Below are positions 28,142 to 39,301 of a stretch of DNA of 64,000 bases, in pieces. A model generated the notes under the pieces. It worked only from the letters and a program-made list of their open reading frames with translations, was not told the DNA's origin and did not search any database. The stretch is from Chrysomallon squamiferum (taxonomy: Eukaryota; Animalia; Mollusca): contig CM022666.1 of assembly GCA_012295275.1 (NCBI GenBank), positions 1,426,001 through 1,490,000 on the forward strand, written 5' to 3'. Both the position numbers and the translations under genes were made by a program. How positions within the stretch are numbered: the first letter of the stretch is position 1; every line of letters begins with the position of its first letter.

Positions 28142-30024
28142 GAAATTGATAATCTCCATTTTTTTTTTCTTTCCTGCAAATGTATAATTTTTACATTTTT
28201 TTTCATTAAAAATAATAAATAAATAAATAAATGAATTTGATAGGCTTTTTCTTCTTTTTATTGTCTTTATTATAAACATGTAACAAATATTTTAAGGTTA
28301 TTTTATTTTAATTTCATACTGCTATTTATCACAAATATATAAAAATATATAATTTGATTCAGTTCAATAAATAAACTTTTAAATTTCATGTTCTCCATTT
28401 TTTCCCCCAAGTATTATTATAAAAGTTATATTTCAATTTCATTTCTTTTCAGCTAAAAAATATAAAAAAAAAAAATCTTTAAAATTTCTTATTCCATTTA
28501 GGTTCCTTTTCCACTGTCTCTCTCTCTCACTCTCTTTTTTTAAAAATATATTTTCTGCCATTTTAAGAAATGTTTTCAGCTGTTTGACTTTTAACCAGTT
28601 TGTAATTTGTTACTGTCAGTTCGTGAAATGCTTATCGAAAAGATTTTTTTGCATGCAGAAATGTAGAATTACAAGATCAAACTGCCCTTCATGCGCACAG
28701 CTTTGTAAGCCTGGAAAGTATTTGTTTTTTTGTAAGTTCTGAAACTCAGAAGAGGTTGACACTCTGCTAGAACTGATTGATAGAGCCAAGGGAGAGACAT
28801 TTTGACAGGAGAGAAAAGAAAAACAGTTAAAGAAAGAAAAACACTAACAAAAACAACAGCACCAAGTTTAATTTCTGAAAATATATTATTATTACTGAGA
28901 ATTTTTACGAGTTTTGTGTAAATACTGCTGACAACATTTAAATTGAAAATTTTAAAATATATATTTATTTTTTTTATAAATTTTTATTTACCTCCCTTTC
29001 AAAAATACATTTTCTTTGAATTATTAAAATAAAATAAAAGAAATAAAATGAAATAAAATGATTTTAAATTCAATATTTAAATTTTTTTTTGTCACAGTTC
29101 TAAAGAATCATGTGTGACCTCAACAGAAGATATGTTTTTCATATCACTTGTTGCAAGAGTAAATAAAAGAACCTTGCTGCCAGTGATTCTCATGTGTTGA
29201 CATCATCACTGTCATCATCATTATTTTATTTCACACCACAATAATAAATGTTTATTATTATTGTTGTTGTTGTTCTTCTTATTATTACTATTACTATTAT
29301 TATTATTGTTGTTGTTGTTATTACTTTTGATATTGTTATTATTATAGTAAAAGAGTTCAATGTGATTAAATCAACAGATATTTGATTTTTATTGTTATTT
29401 CATTACAGATGTAAGACTTATGAAAGCGTATCGGCGAATCACAGTATTCAACTTGACAGTCCCAGGTTTGTTTTTTGGATTTAAAATTTGTATTGTTATT
29501 TTGTTACATATCACTGTCAATAAACAGTGATATTGTAGTGTGGGAAAAAAATAAAAAATAAAAAATTTAAAAGTTACAAATGCACCTGCACAGGTACACA
29601 GGTAAACAAAGAGAAACAAAAACAATAACTTCTCAACCACATTAAAAACACTTGTTATGTAAATCACTGTGATTTATTGTCACTGAAGCTAAATTTTACC
29701 CTCATAATAATTTATACTCCCAGTTTTTATTATTTTTGTTTCCATATTTTGATACCTGCTCAAATAAATGTAATTTACTCTTTAGATAAACGTTAATCTT
29801 TCATTGCCATTATTTGTTGTAACTAACTAGGTGACTCAGTCTTATAATTGATTTTGTTCTGTTTAATTATTTTTCTACTTTTGTACCCATTTTGTTTTTC
29901 ATAAACAATAATTTTTGTTGAAGATTATCACTCCTATTATTATTACCATTACTACTACTACTACTAGTTACTATTATTATTACTACTACTACTACTACTA
30001 CTACTACTGCAACTATTATTATTA

Positions 30025-30076
<52 letters not shown>

Positions 30077-30352
30077 AGACCCCAGCAAAGTGGTCAACCT
30101 CACCACATCGACACACATCTTCTACATCGCTGTTGGCTGTGCCTGTGCTTTCATCCTCCTCATCGCGCTGGCTGTAGCAGGCTACTACCTCAACTCACAG
30201 AAAGGAGGAGACAGATATTCTAAAAGACTCAACTACTAGTAAGCAGCTCACGTTCCCATCTTACACGTTTTAATAAGAAAAATAGGAATAGATTATCTCT
30301 CTACCCCTGCTCTATCTGGTTGTTTATTGTTTTGTTCTTTAATCTCTTTTCA

Positions 30353-30428
<76 letters not shown>

Positions 30429-30560
30429 GGTTGTTAATTGTTTTGTTCTGTAATTTCTTTGTCAGTTTCTGTCTTCTTTTTATCTTTGTTTCTCTCTCTC
30501 TCTCTCTCTGTCTGGTTGTTAATTGTTTTTCTTTGTCAGTTTCTCTTCTTTCTATCTTTG

Positions 30561-30648
<88 letters not shown>

Positions 30649-33600
30649 TTTCTCAGTAGTTTGTCTGTCAATTTCTCTTTCTTTGTCTCTTTCTCTCTCT
30701 TCCTCTGTCTCTTTGTATCACTTTCTGTCAGTTTGTGTGTATCTCTGTCTCTTTCTTTCTCTGTCTGTCTGTCTGTCTTTGTCTCTCTCAGTCTTTATAT
30801 TGTATTATATTTATTGTATTGTATTGCATTGTATATTGTATTTTATTTTGTATTGCATTGTATTTTATATTGTATTGTATTTTTTTGTATTATTGTATTG
30901 TATTTTGTATTGTATTGTTTATTTTGACAGTGACAGTGGTAGTTCACAGGCCCTGACAGCACAGAGTCAAACTTTTCTTCAACCAGACACTCCAAACAAT
31001 GCCAGTGGAGCAGGTGAGCCATACATTTCTTTATATCTCAGCTTACCCGTAAACATTTCTTGTAATAACTCATTTATATATACATATATATATATATATA
31101 AATATACACATGTACATACTGATATATACTGTCTCTCATATATAACAGAAAAAGACAGGGTGATAAAGATGGATTTAGATAGACAGACAAAAGATATAAA
31201 AAACAGATGATAGGAAAAATTTAATAAAACAACAAACATTCAAACAATCATAAAGATAATCAAACAAACATGTCAGACAGACAAACTGACAGACAAAATT
31301 AATGCTATATGTTTTATATGAACAGTTATTTTATTATTGACTCACCTTTCATATATTCTGTTGTTTTTTTTGACTCTCAGGTCTTCCGAATTTCCGGAGA
31401 GGAATATCACCAGGTCCTGTATCTGATCTGAAACCAGTGGACATCAGAACTGTGCTCAGTGAGATAGCCATAGAGAGAAAGAGAATCACTTTAGGAGAAC
31501 TGCTTCTTGAAGGTTTTTTTTTTATTTTATTTTATTTTTTTTTAATTTAATTTTTAAATTTTTTTTGTTATAAATCGTTTAATTAATTTGAAGTCCAGTT
31601 TTGAAGCTGTATGATTTTCAGGTTTTTTTTGTATCAAAGATTATAAAGATAGTTAACAGGTGTAATAATTATGATAGTTGATAATTATAATCGTAATGAT
31701 GATGATTGATTGTGATGATGATATAATGATGATGATGCTGATGATTGAATTTCTAAAACACATTAAATTTTAAAACTGTGTGATTATGAAATGTCTGTGT
31801 ACAAATGTTATCTAACATTATTAAATTAATTTCAGGGACATTTGGCAGGATATATCACGGAACACTTGTTGGTGAAGAAAATGAGACAGACACTGAGGTG
31901 TTTGTGAAAACTCTCTCAGGTAAATTAAATGAACAAATGTTTTATACACCTTGACACATTTTTTACATTTCAATCTTGTTTTCTTTTTCGTAATTTTAAT
32001 AAAGTGGTGATTTGAAAGAGGTAATGATCTAGAAATGCCACATTGATGATTAACTCATCAATTTGAATCAAGAAATCTTTTTTATATATATACCATTCCG
32101 TAGAAAACAGAATCTTCATGATGAACTTTTGTAAACTAATAACTGTTTAATCTGGAACGTTTGTATTACTGGATTTGTTAATTAATAATACAAGGGTTCC
32201 TTGACATGCACTGTTTTGACTTTATGTCTGTAATCCCATAAAAATAATTCAAAAAAATAAATCATTTTTTTTTAAATCCTTTTTTTTTTTTTTTACTTTT
32301 TCATTGACAAATTACTATTTTAAAATCAATACGTTTTAAACCTTTTGTACTTTAAAATAAACCTTAAATCTTTTCTTTCTTAATTTTTATTCTTAACAAA
32401 TTACTGTATTAAAATCAATAAGTTTTAAACCTTTTGTACGTTAAAATAAGACTTAAATCTTTTCTTTCTATATTTTTATTCTTGTTACAAACACTTACTC
32501 ACTGACAATTGTCTCTCCACAGATCAAGCAAGAGGTGACCAGGTACAAGTGTTCTACATGGAGAGTTGCATGTTGAAGGGTTTGGTCAGTGCCAACGTCA
32601 ACCCCATCATAGCAACCTGCATTGACGCTGACCTGCCCCCCTACATGATCTACCCATACTCCAACGAGGGCAACCTCAAAAAATTCCTTCAGAAATGTCG
32701 CTTGTCTGAGTGTGGCTCCAGATATGTGAGTTTTACATCATTGAAATAAATTTTATAGTGTTTTAATAAGTGTAAGGTGTCCTTTAGCTGAATGTCAGTA
32801 AACTTGTAATTATCTAACAGAAGTAATTAAAGATTTGTGTGTGTATGTACATATAAACACACACATACACACACACACATATATGTTTTATCAGCATCAT
32901 TTTGTAACTAATCCAACTTTCACTGTACTATCTATATTTGCCATCATTAAAGACTTTTTTTTTCATCTTCAAAATATTTTCTTTTCATAAATCTGCTTAG
33001 ATAAACCAGTAATCCTAAATCTTTATCTATTTCTATCCAGTTATTGTTGTTTTTATTATTATTATTATTAATATTATTATTATTATTACTACTACTACTA
33101 CTTCTACTATTGTTGCTATTACTGTTGTTACAGCACTGCTACTTCTACCACTTCTCTTGTTAAAATTACTGCTATCACTAGTTTATGTATTTTACATGCA
33201 GACTTTATCAACTCAGCCGCTGGTGTACATGGCCATCCAGATTATCCGAGGCATTCAGTACCTGCACAGAAAGAAAATCATCCACAAAGACATCGCCACT
33301 CGCAACTGTGTGTGAGTATTTGACTAAATATCACTTCACTTGTATTTCACCAAACACAGCTCATCTGGATGTCAGGAAAGACTACTCGTTGTAGTGTTAA
33401 AATACAGAGTTAATTCCCCTGATGGTAAACTTGACTGTGTGAGTATTTAACTAAATATCACTTCACTTTTATTTCACAAAACACAGCTCATCTGGATGTC
33501 AGGAAAGACTACTCTTTGTAGTGTTAAATACAGAGTTATTTCCCTTGATGGTAAAAGTGGCTTGTGTGTAAGTATTAACCTCTTAACTAAACTTCACTTG

Positions 33601-34684
33601 TATTTCACCCAAACACAGCTCTTCTGCATTTCAGGAAAGACTACTCTTTGTAGTGTTAAATACAGAGTTATTTCCCTTGATGGTAAATTTGACTGTGTGA
33701 ATATTTGACTAAATATCACTTCACTTGTATTTCACAAAACACAGCTCTTCTGCATTTCAGGAAAGACTACTCTTTGTAGTGTTAAATAGAGTTATTTCCC
33801 TTGATGGTAAACTTGACTGTGTAAGTATTTGACTAAATATCATTTCACTTGTATTTCATCAAACCCAGCTCATCTGCATTTCAGGAAAGACTACTCTTTG
33901 TAGTGTTAAATACAGAGTTAATTCCCTTGATGGTAAAAGTGACTGTGTGTGAGTATTTAATCTCTGAACTAAATATCACTTCATTTGTATTTCACCAAAC
34001 ACAACTGATCTGGATTTCAGGAAAGACTACTCTTTGTAGTGTTAAATGCAGAGTTAATTCCCTTGATGGTAAACTTAACTGTGTGAGTATTTAACTAAAT
34101 ATCACTTCACTTGTATTTCATCAAACACAGCTCATCTGGATTCAGGAAAGACTACTCTTTGTAGTGTTAAATACAGAGTTAATTCCCTTGATGGTAAGAG
34201 TGACCCATCGAAGACAGTTTTAGAAATAGATTTTCAGATTTCAAAAGCAAATGTTATGAAATGTTTGTAGATAATAATAATATTATGTTGTGAAGATGAC
34301 ATAAAATTTATTTATATTTTGATTTACAGTGTTGATGGTGACTACAGTGTTAATGGTGACTACATTTTGAAGGTGACACAGACATTTATATATTTATATA
34401 TTTTATTTAGTGTTGATGGTGACTACATTGTGAAGGTGACTGACAATGCTCTGTCGAGGGACTTGTTCCCTGCTGACTACGACTGTCTGGGTGACAATGA
34501 GAACAGACCTGTCAAGTGGATGGCAATTGAAGCTTTGCTCGATCGAAAGTTTTCACCTGCTAGTGACGTGGTATGATTGTCTTGTATTTATTTAAATATA
34601 TACATACATGCACACACACACACACACACACGCACACACGCATTATTTATTTAAGAACATATGTACATGCATATACATACATAC

Positions 34685-34731
<47 letters not shown>

Positions 34732-36222
34732 CATTATCATTATTACAAAATAAAGAAACAACTTCATTGTCTGTTCTCACTTGCAGTGGGCGTTTGGTGT
34801 GACATTGTGGGAGATGATGACGCTGGGACAGCAGCCATACGCAGACATCGACCCATTTGAAATGGCAGCGTACTTACACGAGGGGTACCGGATAGCCCAC
34901 CCTCACAACTGTCCTGACGAGCTGTGAGTAGAAACAGTTCAAACTAAACTCTGTTCTATCACTTAGTTCATTGTCATAGAAATACACACGTTTTGTTTTA
35001 ATATGTAGAACTGTGAGTAGAAACAGTTCAAACTAAACTCTGTTTTATCACTTTATTCATTGTCATACTGAAATACACACGTTTTGTTTTAATATGTAGA
35101 ACTAGAAACAGTTCAAACTAAACTCTGTTTTATCACTTAGTTCATTGTCATACTGAAATAAACACATTTTGTTTTAATATGTAGAACTGTGAGTAGAAAC
35201 AGTTCAAACTAAACTCTGTTTTATCACTCAGTTCATTGTCATACTGAAATAAACACGTTTTGTTTTAATATGTAGAACTGTGAGTAGAAACAGTTCAAAC
35301 TAAACTCTGTTCTATCACTTAGTTCATTGTTTATAACGTTTTGTTTTAAATTAGAACTGTGGTAGAAACAGTTGTAAACTCTGACTTAATTCATTGTCAA
35401 ATGAAATAAAAGTTTTGTTTTAATATATAGAACTGTGAGTAGAAACATTTCAAATTAAACTCTGTTTCTATCACTTAGTTCATTGTCATACTGAAATACA
35501 AACGTTTTGTTTTAAAAGAACTGTTGAAACATTTCAAACTGAACTCTGTTCTATCACTTAGTTCAAGTGAAGCTGACTTGGCTAACTGAAATACAAAAGT
35601 TTTGTTCTTGTATACAAAAATGAAAGGTTTAATGTAGTAAATTAATATATATACTTTAAGTTAGTTTAACAGTGTTAATAATTTTATGTGTTATTTTTTT
35701 TAAATCTTCTCAGTTTATCTGAGATGTCATAGTACATACAGATAAGTGTTGTTAAATATCTTTCCTTACCTAATTTCAAATCAAAATAATCAACTCTTTA
35801 ACTGTTAGTTTTAAAATTTAGTTTTAATTTCATGATAACAAAATTTCCAGTCAAGAAAACCCTTGTTTCAGATTTGTTGACATACAGTATTTAAATGTTA
35901 AACACATAGTTTAAATGTTACATTTATAATTTAATTTTACTTTCATGCTGAGAAAATCTTTTTCTGTTTCAGATTTGCTGTCATGACTTGTTGATATACA
36001 AACCTATAACAGTATTTAAATATTAAAAAATCATAACACATAGTTTAAAATGTTACATTTATGTTTTTATAATTTGACTTTGGTGTTAAGAGAATCTTTT
36101 TCTGTTTCAGATTTGCTGTCATGGCTTGCTGCTGGGCAATGACTCCTGACGAGAGACCAAAGTTTTCACAGCTGCTTGTCTGTCTTCAGGACTTCTACAC
36201 TGCACTCGGGCGTTTCATCTGA
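9000..36222 (+). CDS. RYK: Tyrosine-protein kinase-like receptor RYK/Derailed (Wnt receptor pseudokinase), 5'-partial spliced gene: join(9000..9130,9766..9865,11137..11271,[29409..29465],30079..30238,30931..31013,31381..31512,31836..31919,32523..32725,33202..33311,34411..34570,34787..34923,36111..36222)
   Basis: All exons have AG/GT boundaries with compatible phases and give one continuous frame. Family hallmarks (established knowledge): WIF domain, KRRK, TTSTxxFY followed by a TM helix, DTPNNA, EGTFG, FVK, HKDIATRNC, DNALSRDLFP, CLGDNENRPVKW and a hydrophobic PDZ-type C-terminus. No signal-peptide exon was found in 1-9000. Confidence 0.97.
9766..9865 (+). CDS. RYK: RYK exon, WIF domain middle (MYYNMKFSVSHPRAMGPPEANISTGGTVPKELQ)
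   Basis: ttttttgaag|ATG acceptor, CAGG|gtgggt donor; AMxxPxxNISxxGxVP WIF motif; phase 0 to 1; not in the ORF track. Confidence 0.93.
11137..11271 (+). CDS. RYK: RYK exon, WIF domain C-part with tetrabasic KRRK site (VFRVTLPCTGQMSAEV...NLTVLNFKRRKMCMR)
   Basis: ctgcag|TG acceptor, AGAG|gtacga donor; FxVxLxCTG..SAEV and LNFKRRKMC match RYK; phase 1 to 1. Confidence 0.96.
23321..23767. repeat. Compound trinucleotide microsatellite (ATA/GTA/ATG/ATC)
   Basis: Direct reading. Confidence 0.9.
24461..24672. repeat. (TTC)n microsatellite
   Basis: Direct reading; source of the poly-S, poly-K and poly-R ORFs. Confidence 0.92.
27342..27712. repeat. 16-bp minisatellite (TGTCTCTGTATTCAC[C/A]), about 23 copies
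   Basis: Direct reading, with C/A variants and two 14-bp units; source of ORFs 27277..28038 and similar. Confidence 0.95.
29409..29465 (+). CDS. RYK: Candidate 57-bp RYK juxtamembrane stalk exon (DVRLMKAYRRITVFNLTVP in the phase-1 frame)
   Basis: tttcattacag| acceptor and CCAG|gtttgt donor; length is a multiple of 3, open in phase 1, and locally CpG-containing. It restores a stalk of about the length recalled for vertebrate RYK between KRRKMC and DP..TTST, but sequence similarity is not evident. Confidence 0.6.
30079..30238 (+). CDS. RYK: RYK transmembrane exon (DPSKVVNLTTSTHIFYIAVGCACAFILLIALAVAGYYLNSQKGGDRYSKRLNY)
   Basis: (tta)n..aaag|AC acceptor, TA|gtaagc donor; TTSTxxFY plus a hydrophobic helix of about 23 aa; not in the ORF track. 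Confidence 0.93.
30931..31013 (+). CDS. RYK: RYK intracellular juxtamembrane exon (YDSGSSQALTAQSQTFLQPDTPNNASGA)
   Basis: ttttgacag|T acceptor, GCAG|gtgagc donor; DTPNNA motif; phase 2 to 1. Confidence 0.93.
31381..31512 (+). CDS. RYK: RYK exon leading into the kinase domain (GLPNFRRGISP...IAIERKRITLGELLLE)
   Basis: ctctcag| acceptor, GAAG|gttttt donor; 132 bp, phase 1 to 1; IAIxRxRITL motif. Confidence 0.93.
31836..31919 (+). CDS. RYK: RYK kinase subdomains I-II (GTFGRIYHGTL...VFVKTLS)
   Basis: tttcag|GG, TCAG|gtaaat; degenerate Gly loop EGTFG and FVK in place of VAVK. Confidence 0.96.
32307..32490. repeat. Direct duplication of about 89 bp just upstream of the RYK acceptor at 32523
   Basis: acaaattact..aaaatcaata..gttttaaaccttttgtac..aaaataa..cttaaatcttttctttct..atttttattctt occurs twice. 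Confidence 0.88.
32523..32725 (+). CDS. RYK: RYK kinase subdomains III-V (DQARGDQVQVFYMESCML...YSNEGNLKKFLQKCR...SRY)
   Basis: ctccacag|AT, TAT|gtgagt; GNLKxFLxxC motif; phase 1 to 0. Confidence 0.96.
33202..33311 (+). CDS. RYK: RYK kinase subdomain VI (TLSTQPLVYMAIQIIRGIQYLHRKKIIHKDIATRNCV)
   Basis: catgcag|ACT, GT|gtgagt; HKDIATRNC catalytic-loop variant. Confidence 0.97.
33305..34200. repeat. Tandem repeat of about 127-130 bp, 7 copies, starting in the last bases of a RYK exon
   Basis: Units begin actgt(gt)gtgagtatt; donor copies at 33312, 33439, 33568, 33697, 33821, 33949 and 34083. Confidence 0.95.
34411..34570 (+). CDS. RYK: RYK kinase subdomains VII-IX (VDGDYIVKVTDNALSRDLFPADYDCLGDNENRPVKWMAIE...ASDV)
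   Basis: ttatttag|T, GTG|gtatga; DNA replaces DFG, diagnostic for RYK. Confidence 0.96.
34787..34923 (+). CDS. RYK: RYK kinase subdomains IX-XI (WAFGVTLWEMMTLGQQPYADIDPFEMAAYLHEGYRIAHPHNCPDEL)
   Basis: cttgcag|TGG, CT|gtgagt; WAFGVTLWE and DPFEMAAYL..GYR..PxNCPDE. Confidence 0.97.
34922..35600. repeat. Tandem repeat of about 89 bp, about 8 copies, starting at a RYK donor site
   Basis: ctgtgagtagaaacagttcaaactaaactctgtt..atcacttagttcattgtcata repeated, diverging 3'-wards. Confidence 0.93.
35850..36130. repeat. Three-copy duplication of the RYK last-exon acceptor region
   Basis: tgtttcag|atttg at 35871, 35972 and 36110, with shared intervening sequence (cagtatttaaat..acacatagttt..tgttacattt). 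Confidence 0.9.
36111..36222 (+). CDS. RYK: RYK terminal coding exon (LFAVMACCWAMTPDERPKFSQLLVCLQDFYTALGRFI*)
   Basis: tctgtttcag|A acceptor; TGA at 36220-36222; MACCW..P.ERPKF and a PDZ-ligand-like end. Confidence 0.96.
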
Positions 36223-37509
36223 TCTGTGCTTTGAAAAACAAAGGAAAGGACAGAGAAATCCATGCATCACTTGCAGCAGTTTAGTTCTGAATGTGTGCAT
36301 AAAAAAAACTGAGATACAAAAAAAAAAAAACTGTTTTATTACTGAATTTTTATCTGCTTTGTTTTGATAAGGATGAAAAGTTTAAAAAAAAAACAAAAAA
36401 TTCTTTTTATCTGTTTAATCTGGACATGGTTACTGTTATGTTTGTGTTTTAAAGAAAAATATGATCAATGAATTTTTATCTGATTATTTTTTGACAATAT
36501 GACAGTTACCAATTCATTTATTTTTTATCTAATATCTGTTTTGGATACAAAAACATAATCAATTACAGCTGATACATTATTTGTCAGCAAGCAGTTATCT
36601 ATCTCGCATTAGAATGATTTCCCCTTGGAATAACTTCAGTTTTGCAAAAATTGGAGTTATATCCCTTGAGATAGAATATAATACATTTTTTCTCCACTGG
36701 AATGAACCAGACAACATCATTACTGAAATATATTTATATATATATAAAATGAGAAAAAAAATAAAAGAAAAAGAAAAAAAAAATATGGCACTTTTAAAGA
36801 TAAAAAGAAAATGTATTTACACAGAATGAAAACATCCAGGGGAAATTGTGAAATTTGCAGAAATTATCTTTTACAGCCGATATAATTTTTCAGTTAATCA
36901 TAAAACTGATGCATGTTTTCATTACTACAGTATTAGAAGAAAAGTTAAAGATTAAAAGGATGAGTTTTAGTTTTAGCTAACATTACAGAGTCATATGGAG
37001 ATGGATGTTTTTAAAAAATTAATTACAAATGTAAAAACAATATGTTCATGTTTTTCTGAATACAAATCCAGTGCTTTATTGTTTGATGTCTGCAGCTAAA
37101 AGTGCTATGTGTATTTTTAAATTCCTTTATTAGTATTGCTATTGCTGTTATTATTATTATTATTATTATTATTATCATCATTATTATTTTTTATGAATCA
37201 CAATGAAGATAGCTTCTATATGAAAATAGTTAAATTTTACTTATTTTATGTAATCATGTTAAATATTAATTCTTTACAAATTTCTTGATAACAAAGAAAT
37301 AGTTATAAATTGCTGTTATTTTTAAAAAATTTGTTTTCAGTTGTTAATGTTTATTCAGAACATTATATGACCATATCTAAATGAAAACTTCAAAACGAAA
37401 TCAAAAGATATAAAAAAAAAATGTTTCTTATATTTGGAAATTGAAATAAAAAATAATCATTTTAATAAAACAATTGCAGTGATACCTTTTTATTTATTTA
37501 TATGTTTAA

Positions 37510-37545
<36 letters not shown>

Positions 37546-38461
37546 ATTTTTAGTTTTTTTGTTTTATAGTTGAGATAAAATCAAAATTGTAGAAAACTGT
37601 TCTGTATGTTATTATGTGGCATGTAAATACGTGATTTAACATTGTATATATTTATATATATAGTGTAGATATACAAGTACTTAATGTATCAGTGTTCTAA
37701 TGAAATTGTATATACATTTTGTCTATACAGTATCTTTTTATTTTGTATTTAAACAGATATACACATACATACACACACACGCACATTCATAACATACATA
37801 AACAGATACAAATATTTACTTATGCAGACATTTTTATGTACTTACAAACACTAATGATATAACTTTACATGCATGCACCCACACAAATATATACTGATGC
37901 AAAGTTTTTTCTGTTTTTAATTTACTTATAGAAACAAATAAAATGCATGTACATTACACACAGACACACACGCATATGCATACACAGATAAAATAAAAAT
38001 GTTCATTTTTAAACCAATCATAAAATCATATTATTTTGCTTTGAGAAATTTATTAAAATGACAAATGAAATAATTTGTATTTGCATGTGTTATTGTGTGT
38101 GGCATTTTAAAACATAACTATATACTGCTTGAGTCAGTGTGTGTATAAAATACATATATATATATATATATATATATTAAATTTTAACTTCACATTATCT
38201 TCCATCATTGTTCATATCTCCATGACATTTTATGCTTTAATCTTTTTTCTTTTTTTTAAAAACTATCATTTTATTTCATATTCTGCTGATAATGATGAAT
38301 ATTCTCATATTTAATTTCATTATTTTATTTTATTTTATTTTATTTTTTTTTTATTTATTTATTTATTTATTTTTATCATAAGATTAGTAAAAATCAGGCA
38401 GTTCACTTAAAATTTTATTTTGAGAATTTGTTATATTTTATATTATTATTGTGATTATTGC

Positions 38462-38511
<50 letters not shown>

Positions 38512-39235
38512 TTTCTTATTATTGTTTTGTATTATTATTAATATTTTTATTATTATTATTATTGTTATATTTATTATTATTATTATTGTTATATTTATTA
38601 TTATTATTAATACTTTTTTCAATACAAAAATAATAATAATATAACTAGCAACTGCAAACTAGCTTTTCTTTTTATTTATCTGTCTTATATATCAATATTA
38701 GTAAATCGAATAAATTAAATTCTGAAATGTGTTGTTCACCTACCTGTACTGATATACTTTGTATTATATCATCAGTGTTTCTGATATGTCTGTGCTATAT
38801 CATGATATACCACTGTCTGGCTCCCACCAGGTGGGTTAACTACTGCTACACCCCATAATAATTCTTTTTATGCAAGATTCTTGTTTCTTGCCCTGATTAA
38901 ATTGTTATTTTGAAATACTTACCTGTAACATCTGAGTTTGTTAATAGATCATATCTGATTCAAAGCAGTATTTTCTTTTTTAATCTGTTTGCAATCAAAA
39001 TATTATGACAGAATGAGATTAATCATGTTTGTTCTTTTTGTTCATATATATATATAATTTTTTTTTTTTTTTTTTTTTTTTTTGGTACTGTTATTATTAT
39101 TATTATTATTACTATTATTATTAATTTTTATTAACTATTTTTAACTATTTTTATCAAAATTATTGTTTTTATTTTTATTTATATTATTATTATTACTATT
39201 GTTGTATTCTAATTATTTAAATATAATTATAAATA

Positions 39236-39301
<66 letters not shown>

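Noticed and set aside
33305-35600. Regularly spaced repeats as a CRISPR-like array
   Set aside because: Whole units are repeated with no unique spacers, there are no cas genes, and the context is a eukaryotic intron; the same applies to 676-1186, 5144-5408 and 43415-43695
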